IMG/VR virus record: IMGVR_UViG_3300032285_004054
Location: 124,001-188,000 of that record
Strand: one strand, 5' to 3'
Length of the DNA stretch: 64,000 nt
Under the pieces are notes generated by a model. That model was not told the origin of the DNA. It saw only the letters and a list, made by a program, of their open reading frames with translations, and did not search any database. A program made the position numbers and the translations under genes. Below are positions 58,421-64,000 of the stretch, one piece after another. How positions within the stretch are numbered: position 1 is the first letter of the stretch; each line of letters opens with the position of its first letter.

Positions 58421-58887
58421 CGGGGAGCAGGCTGATTACCAGCTCCAGAAGCTAGATCACGAGAGCGCTTTGAGGAATTAATAAGATAACCATTTAAAAC
58501 CTCTATAAGACTACGAACTTGTTCTGCAATCTTGATAATATCTGTGGATGTGTCTCTAGAGATACCAGCAAAAAGGCTACCAGCAACATCAATATCATTT
58601 ACAAATTTCTGTAATGAATCACCTTTAGGGTTGTTTAAAGCATCAGCAAATTGTTCGAGCTTCTCAATCTGGGAGGAAAGATTACCAGCGTGCTCACCTG
58701 TACCGGTAGCAACAGGAGCAGGTTCTACACCATAGTTATCAGGAACAGGTTCATTTGTTGTTGAATCGTCTCCCTCTGAAGGTACCTGACCGTCGGTAGG
58801 AGGAGGTACATCTGTAGGAGCTGGAGCAGGAGGAGCAACTGTTTCATCTGCTTCAATTAATAGTGTATAAAGCTTCTTAAAGTCCAT
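58414..58887 (-). CDS. Hypothetical late protein, possible internal head protein
   Basis: MDFKKLYTLLIEA start, acidic/Pro-rich; CATAAATA at 58899-58906. Confidence 0.7.
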   Translation of the reverse strand: MDFKKLYTLLIEADETVAPPAPAPTDVPPPTDGQVPSEGDDSTTNEPVPDNYGVEPAPVATGTGEHAGNLSSQIEKLEQFADALNNPKGDSLQKFVNDIDVAGSLFAGISRDTSTDIIKIAEQVRSLIEVLNGYLINSSKRSRDLASGAGNQPAPRR

Positions 58888-58903
58888 AAATTATATAATA
58901 TTT

Positions 58904-59254
58904 ATGTTATTATTTATTAATCTTGTTTGTATTGTAGTGAGTATTTTGTTTATTTGGAACAAGACAGATGCTTTTATAAGTTATTGTGAGTTATTAGGAT
59001 GGTTTAAAACTACCATAAACAACTATAATTTAACATCTAATTTAAGTTTTCCACAGTTTTTATACGTTACCTATAAGCATAGTATGAAAAACAAATTGAC
59101 GCTGTTCTCCCTAAAGCTAATAACTTGTCCTATATGTCTAGGTCTGTGGTTAAGCAGTATACTATGCTTACTTACAGGTGTATTTGCATACACGTTAATA
59201 GTTTTTATATTATCCGTAATACTATATTCTATTTTAGAACGCCTGTACTCTTAA
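58904..59254 (+). CDS. Membrane protein with CxxC (DUF1360-like)
   Basis: Hydrophobic helices flanking LITCPICLGLWLS. Confidence 0.65.
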   Translation: MLLFINLVCIVVSILFIWNKTDAFISYCELLGWFKTTINNYNLTSNLSFPQFLYVTYKHSMKNKLTLFSLKLITCPICLGLWLSSILCLLTGVFAYTLIVFILSVILYSILERLYS

Positions 59255-60029
59255 TATGTGTTAAAATATTCTCGATACGTTCCTGCATCGGGTTTAACTT
59301 AATGAGCTTATATTCAGTATTAATTACGTTAAACCAAATTACATAGGTATTTTTAATTTCTATTTTAGAATACTTTTCTATGAAATTTTTATACGCTGCA
59401 AGCTGCAAACTATAGGTATTAAATTCACAAACTTGTAGATCCGAAATAGGGTCATGATAAATTTCGTCAAATTTATTTGTAAAACGAATATCTTTATTTG
59501 TTTTATAGTCGTATATTTCAAAACCATTTACCTTTGGATTATACACTAATAAATCCATCATACCGCAAATACCTGTATCGTTAATATCACCGACAACTAA
59601 TTCGTTTTTAATTGGCAGTAGATAGTTGTAGTCGTCGTAAAATTTATGAAACTGTTTAACCAGCTCTAATACTTCTTTGTTAAGATTTTCATGAACCTCT
59701 TCACCAATTTCTTTTATTACAGCGTCTCTATTATAAGGTATAACCTTATTATTGTAATAATTTTCAATATAGTTATGAAGAATTGTACCTTTCCATGTGG
59801 AGTACAAATTATTAATTCTCCACGTTTCTAAAATCTCTTCAGGTGTAACGCCGAGCTGTTGCGCTTTAATATTTGACCATTTTACTTTATCGAACTTAGG
59901 CTTATACTTTTCTAGTAATCCTGTTACAGATAAAGAAGGCGCAGGTCTTCCTTTAATTAGATATCTATGATTGTGATGTAAAAATGTAATTGCATCAAAT
60001 ACACGCAAGCTTTGTAGTTCTTCAAACAT
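59229..60029 (-). CDS. PD-(D/E)XK exonuclease-like protein
   Basis: SVTGLL, GTILHNYIE, ELVV, CGMMDL, DYKT, LQLAAY. Confidence 0.85.
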   Translation of the reverse strand: MFEELQSLRVFDAITFLHHNHRYLIKGRPAPSLSVTGLLEKYKPKFDKVKWSNIKAQQLGVTPEEILETWRINNLYSTWKGTILHNYIENYYNNKVIPYNRDAVIKEIGEEVHENLNKEVLELVKQFHKFYDDYNYLLPIKNELVVGDINDTGICGMMDLLVYNPKVNGFEIYDYKTNKDIRFTNKFDEIYHDPISDLQVCEFNTYSLQLAAYKNFIEKYSKIEIKNTYVIWFNVINTEYKLIKLNPMQERIENILTHIKSTGVLK

Positions 60030-60640
60030 TATTTTAATCTCTTAATAGGGCAGCAACAATGCTTGTATATATTACAACCACCGCAATGACGACCGTTATC
60101 AAGGTAGATATGAGGTCTTGCGCATGCAAAATGAGTAATTGACTTTACATCATCCGGGTTTGTCATATCCAAAAACTTAGGATCACCTTTAGGTTTTAGG
60201 ATATATTTCGAGGGATTAGGATCATTAATAAAATCGTTCAAAGCTTTTCTTTGAGCTCTCCTCTTAGCTCGCTCTCTATTTTTAATCTTAGGAGCATAAC
60301 ATTTCAAATACTTAAGAGGTAGCTCGGTATTATCCCTGTATTTGTATTTGTTACGAATTTCAATATCTGTGAATCCGTCTTTAAGCATCTTTCTTGCATC
60401 CTTACAAACGTAGTATTGTACATACTCAGACGAAGAAGGAAACTTAAGCTTAATAGCCTGCTTCTCAAGCATTGCTTTACTAATTTTAAATTCCTGACCA
60501 GTAAGAATACAAATAACAACTGGCTTACGAGGACGCTTGAGCACTCTCTCTTTTTTAACCTTAACTGGTTTTGTTTTAACAGGCTTAGGCTTAACAGTCT
60601 TAACCTTCGTAGGTTTAACTTTCTTTTTCTTTTTAATCAT
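60029..60640 (-). CDS. Lys-rich hypothetical protein with C-terminal Cys cluster
   Basis: KVKP repeats at the N-terminus; CARP...HCGGC...HCCC at the C-terminus. Confidence 0.65.
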   Translation of the reverse strand: MIKKKKKVKPTKVKTVKPKPVKTKPVKVKKERVLKRPRKPVVICILTGQEFKISKAMLEKQAIKLKFPSSSEYVQYYVCKDARKMLKDGFTDIEIRNKYKYRDNTELPLKYLKCYAPKIKNRERAKRRAQRKALNDFINDPNPSKYILKPKGDPKFLDMTNPDDVKSITHFACARPHIYLDNGRHCGGCNIYKHCCCPIKRLK

Positions 60641-60651
60641 AAATAAAATAT

Positions 60652-60837
60652 ATGCCCATCATTAAAGGAAATAAAGCAAAAAGTAAAAAATCAATTGCTA
60701 AAAATATTAAAACCGAGCTAAAAGCAGGTAAGCCTAAAAAACAAGCAGTAGCCATTGCTTTAAGTTTAGCGGGTAAAAAGAAGAAAACTGTCAAGGAATC
60801 TTTTGACAGTGTAGTTGCTTCTATACTTGGTGAATAA
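60652..60837 (+). CDS. Small basic phage protein (KQAVAIAL family)
   Basis: MPIIKG...SIAKNIKTELKAGKPKKQAVAIALS; CATAAATA 6 nt before the ATG. Confidence 0.75.
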   Translation: MPIIKGNKAKSKKSIAKNIKTELKAGKPKKQAVAIALSLAGKKKKTVKESFDSVVASILGE

Positions 60838-60871
60838 AAGAAAAACGGCCGGATTTCTCCGGCCGTTTCTT
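60838..60871. terminator. Bidirectional Rho-independent terminator
   Basis: AAGAAAAACGGCCGGA-TTTC-TCCGGCCGTTTCTT hairpin between convergent genes. Confidence 0.88.
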
Positions 60872-60884
60872 AAGTTAAGAACAA

Positions 60885-61115
60885 TTAGCGATTACCCTTA
60901 ACGCGTGCCCAACGACCCTTGTTGTCACGTACGTTGTAGTAGCGTGCACGGAGGAGGGCAGTATTGGTACGATCAACGAAACCAAGGAACTCGTACTTGG
61001 AAGGGTTGATGTAGTTCTCCACGATGCTCTCCCTCATGGTACGAGGCATTGCGGAATCGACGTCAAAGTTAGCAATCTCGCTAACATTCTTTGTTGTGAT
61101 GGTGTTGTTTGTCAT
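60885..61115 (-). CDS. Hypothetical protein (76 aa)
   Basis: Own promoter TTGAAT-16 nt-TATTAT at 61126-61153; ends at the terminator. Confidence 0.7.
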   Translation of the reverse strand: MTNNTITTKNVSEIANFDVDSAMPRTMRESIVENYINPSKYEFLGFVDRTNTALLRARYYNVRDNKGRWARVKGNR

Positions 61116-61145
61116 AACGATTTTTATAATAGAAGCTGCTTTCTA

Positions 61146-62312
61146 TTATTCAACTGAAAAACCAATAATTCTTTTTTCACTCTTAACGTCACCATGTACG
61201 TTTTCTACTTCGGCATTGTAAATTTCAGCCAAAGACATAGGCTCTGTAACTTTAACTTTAAGCTTCATCTTCTTAACAAGCTTTTGTGCTGTTTTTACAG
61301 AAAGTTTATCAAATTGATATTCTTTCTTAAGTCTTCCCTTACGTAAGAGAGCTTGATCGAGTTCATGTCTCGGGTTATTGTAAGTTGCAATAATTGAGAT
61401 ATTAAAAATATCCCCCATCATACCGTCTGTAAGGTTTAGAATAGTAGAAACTAGGGACGATTGATCACCACCCTCTCTTTGAAGAAGTGCTTTCTCAGCA
61501 TCTTCAATAATTAGAATACTAGATTTTTTATCAAGAAGTGCAGGTAGAAAGGACGGATCAACAATTGCATCAATAAAGTTTGTCGGTACGTAAATCATAT
61601 TACGCTTAACAACTGATGAAAGGTATTTGATATAAGTTGTCTTACCTGTACCAGGGTCGCCATGAAACAAATACAAACCGCTTTTGTTCTTGTTTAACTC
61701 TTCAACGATCTCATCATGCACTTTTTCTAATTCTGGCTCATAATGAGTTGTAATATCATATGTTTCAGGTAAAACAACTTCAAAAGGTTCAAAATTAAAA
61801 CCACTAGCTGTTTTTATAATTGTATGAATTACAGCTTTATAATTTGGTTTATAGATAAATTCTTCAAAGTCTTCTAAAGGCGGACGAACACCTGGAGGAT
61901 GATAAAAACGTAGAACATAATACTGTTCTTTAGTGTTATTAACACTTCTTTGTTCAGCCATTTCAATTTCAATAACAATATTTTCTTTGTATAGATATGT
62001 ACCTCTGTATTGTGCATCCCCATCTTCTTCCCACGTTAAACCTCCGTCATCTACATAACCTGAAGCTCCTTTACTAAGTTCATTAGGTACAAAAATCCAA
62101 TCAGAAATTAGCTTACCTTTTTCTTTAATTATTTCTACTGCATTAAAACTATATTGAAATGAAGAGTTGTACACACAAGGACAGCATTTAAATCTTTCCA
62201 TAAAGAAAGATCCAACAGGCAATATATGGGTTGTGTGACTTTTTGTAAAAAAATCATGAGACTTATCAAAGATTAAAGGATCGCCGTCTCCTGAGATGGT
62301 AATTTTTTTCAT
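61146..62312 (-). CDS. AAA+ ATPase (BCS1-like)
   Basis: HGDPGTGKTT, IIEDAE, LNLTDG, ATYN, LDQALLRKGRL. Confidence 0.88.
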   Translation of the reverse strand: MKKITISGDGDPLIFDKSHDFFTKSHTTHILPVGSFFMERFKCCPCVYNSSFQYSFNAVEIIKEKGKLISDWIFVPNELSKGASGYVDDGGLTWEEDGDAQYRGTYLYKENIVIEIEMAEQRSVNNTKEQYYVLRFYHPPGVRPPLEDFEEFIYKPNYKAVIHTIIKTASGFNFEPFEVVLPETYDITTHYEPELEKVHDEIVEELNKNKSGLYLFHGDPGTGKTTYIKYLSSVVKRNMIYVPTNFIDAIVDPSFLPALLDKKSSILIIEDAEKALLQREGGDQSSLVSTILNLTDGMMGDIFNISIIATYNNPRHELDQALLRKGRLKKEYQFDKLSVKTAQKLVKKMKLKVKVTEPMSLAEIYNAEVENVHGDVKSEKRIIGFSVE

Positions 62313-63250
62313 TTTAATGTAACGTAGTTGATATACTTTAAGGACGATAAATCATTACCGCCAGCGTAACTTATAGAAGACTGTAGTGACTGTTTAATTT
62401 CTGCTAAACGTTGCTCAAGGGTAACTCCCTGCTCAAGCTCTAACAGCGTACCTTCAATATGTTTATTTTCTTTCTTTGCTGAAAAACTTGCAGAACCAAA
62501 ATACACTTTACGTCCATTTACAGTAGGAGCAGGAGAATCAGCACATGATGCAAATAATGAACCTGCCATGGTTATTGTAGCACCAGCGGAAATAGCTTTA
62601 GCAATATCACCGTAATATCTAATACCTCCATCTGCAATAATAGGAATACATGCTTCCTTGGCACAATTTTGTACAGCCGTGAACATCGGTATATGAAAAC
62701 CGGTTTGCAGTCTTGTGGTACATGCTCTACCAGGCCCGATCCCTACTTTCAAGGCATTAGCTCCCCAATTAGTTAAATCAGTTACTGCTTCAGGAGTAGT
62801 AATATTACCTGCTATAATAAAAGTATTCGGAAAAAATAGTTTGATATAATCAATCATCCTACGAACTTTTTCGTGATGACCGTGAGCTACATCAATAGTA
62901 ATATAATCGACCCTTAATCTATCATCGTAAATTCTATTTAACTCATCGTAACTATCCTGATTAACACCAGTACTGATACTAATAATATGATGACCTAAAT
63001 CATTAAATTTTAAAACAAACGGGTAGGTAATCTTGTTAAAACGATGCATTACATAAAAGTAATTGTTTAAACTCATCCATCCTGCCCAGTCCTCACTTAT
63101 TACCGTTTCCATATTTGACGGTACAATAGGAAGTTTGAAATTGTAGTTTCCTAATCTTACAGATGTATCAGCTAGAGATCTACTCTCAAGTTGAGAGTAT
63201 TGAGGTACGAGGTAAACATCGTCGTAACAGAGAGCTGGCTTAACATTCAT
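62309..63250 (-). CDS. guaC: GMP reductase
   Basis: YDDVYLVP, IDVAHGH, KVGIGPGRACTTR, IIADGGIR, SSISYAG; 313 aa, no CBS domains. Confidence 0.9.
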   Translation of the reverse strand: MNVKPALCYDDVYLVPQYSQLESRSLADTSVRLGNYNFKLPIVPSNMETVISEDWAGWMSLNNYFYVMHRFNKITYPFVLKFNDLGHHIISISTGVNQDSYDELNRIYDDRLRVDYITIDVAHGHHEKVRRMIDYIKLFFPNTFIIAGNITTPEAVTDLTNWGANALKVGIGPGRACTTRLQTGFHIPMFTAVQNCAKEACIPIIADGGIRYYGDIAKAISAGATITMAGSLFASCADSPAPTVNGRKVYFGSASFSAKKENKHIEGTLLELEQGVTLEQRLAEIKQSLQSSISYAGGNDLSSLKYINYVTLK

Positions 63251-63270
63251 AAGTGTGTAAAATTACACCT

Positions 63271-63465
63271 ATGATTTTACGTACAATAATCATATTATCA
63301 ACCTGTTTATTAACAGGCTGTCTTTCACTACAAAAAGATGATTACGGTAACACTTGCTTAGGAAATAAAATACTTACACTTAAGGGAGTAGTCAATACAG
63401 AAGATTACAGAATAACCCCTCAAAAACCTCCAGGTCTAGATAACACAGTTACAATATTTTTTTAA
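63271..63465 (+). CDS. Small lipoprotein
   Basis: MILRTIIILSTCLLTGC lipobox; start at ATG 63271. Confidence 0.55.
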   Translation: MILRTIIILSTCLLTGCLSLQKDDYGNTCLGNKILTLKGVVNTEDYRITPQKPPGLDNTVTIFF

Positions 63466-63466
63466 G

Positions 63467-63499
63467 AAAAAAAAAAAGGGCCCGTAAGGGCCCTTTTTT
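63467..63499. terminator. Bidirectional Rho-independent terminator
   Basis: AAAAAAGGGCCC-GTAA-GGGCCCTTTTTT perfect hairpin between convergent genes. Confidence 0.92.
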
Positions 63500-63512
63500 A
63501 GGTTATATGTTC

Positions 63513-64000
63513 TTAGGCTCCTACGGGAGTAAGAAACGGGTTAGGCGCCATTGAAGCAAGATCCGGTCCAGAGAAGAACAGATCGGATGCAAGACGGTTG
63601 ATCTCCATACGTGTAGCAATCTCCTCATCCGTAAGCTTATGAGTAGCCGTATGGGTGAGCTGATTGAACAGATCGTAACTGTTAATGTTTGAGTTAGCAG
63701 ATGCCAACCAGCGATTGTTTTGCTTCTTAACATCCACCCCGATTGAAGCATAACGAGTCTTGATAACTTCGTCGTTAAAGACTTCTGCAGCGAGTTCCTT
63801 ATCGTAGTTTGCAACAACAGCCTTAGCAGCATAAAACTCCCTCAAAGAGGCGTTATTGCTACGAAGACGGTTACAACCCTGTTGAATCTCTTCCTTGTAC
63901 CCTTCACCGCCTAGGTAACGTCCAATCTGACGATCGAAAGTCTTCTGTGTGAGTTCAGTGCTTGAAACAAAACGCTGAGCCATACGATGAACAGCTTGCA
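63513..64000 (-). CDS. 5'-truncated hypothetical protein (DUF932-like C-terminus)
   Basis: Frame stays open past the ORF-track ATG to the window edge; NSYDLFNQLTHTATH motif. Confidence 0.5.
   Translation of the reverse strand, partial: QAVHRMAQRFVSSTELTQKTFDRQIGRYLGGEGYKEEIQQGCNRLRSNNASLREFYAAKAVVANYDKELAAEVFNDEVIKTRYASIGVDVKKQNNRWLASANSNINSYDLFNQLTHTATHKLTDEEIATRMEINRLASDLFFSGPDLASMAPNPFLTPVGA

Noticed and set aside
59229-60029. Exonuclease as Cas4 of a CRISPR system
   Set aside because: No other cas genes or array, and no four-Cys cluster; a generic phage PD-(D/E)XK nuclease.
63251-63270. Inverted repeat GTGTAA-AA-TTACAC between the divergent guaC and lipoprotein genes
   Set aside because: Only 6 bp and seen once; not enough to call an operator.
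1-64000. Alternative genetic code, introns/inteins or tRNA genes
   Set aside because: Core genes are full length in the standard code with normal sizes; intergenic gaps are too short and show no cloverleaf.

Overview
64 kb AT-rich fragment of a large T4-like (myovirus) bacteriophage genome; no tRNA, rRNA, CRISPR array, intron, intein or integrase was recognised. Three kinds of content are interleaved. (1) A contractile tail/baseplate and packaging module, mostly on the minus strand (1-25 kb): PKD-domain wedge protein, gp6, gp25, hub, gp53-like LysM, tube initiators, tape measure, gp26/gp51, tube gp19, sheath gp18, gp3, large and probable small terminase. (2) A T4-type replication/recombination set (gp32, gp41, UvsX, UvsY, UvsW, gp43, gp44, gp45, gp46/47, gp55, gp59-like, gp61) with nrdAB, dut and guaC. 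(3) Accessory genes: a 7-deazaguanine DNA-modification pathway split over three loci (folE2; queF + kinase + PurN-like formyltransferase + TGT-like dpdA; queD + queE + second kinase; queC not in the window), a glycosyltransferase/O-methyltransferase island splitting gp46 from gp47, and a late operon with two Pol-beta-like nucleotidyltransferases, one fused to a HIGH-family domain. Both sigma70-like promoters and gp55-type TAAATA late promoters repeatedly end about 6 nt before the start codon, with no Shine-Dalgarno motif, suggesting widespread leaderless translation. All calls come from reading motifs by eye; no database search was run.
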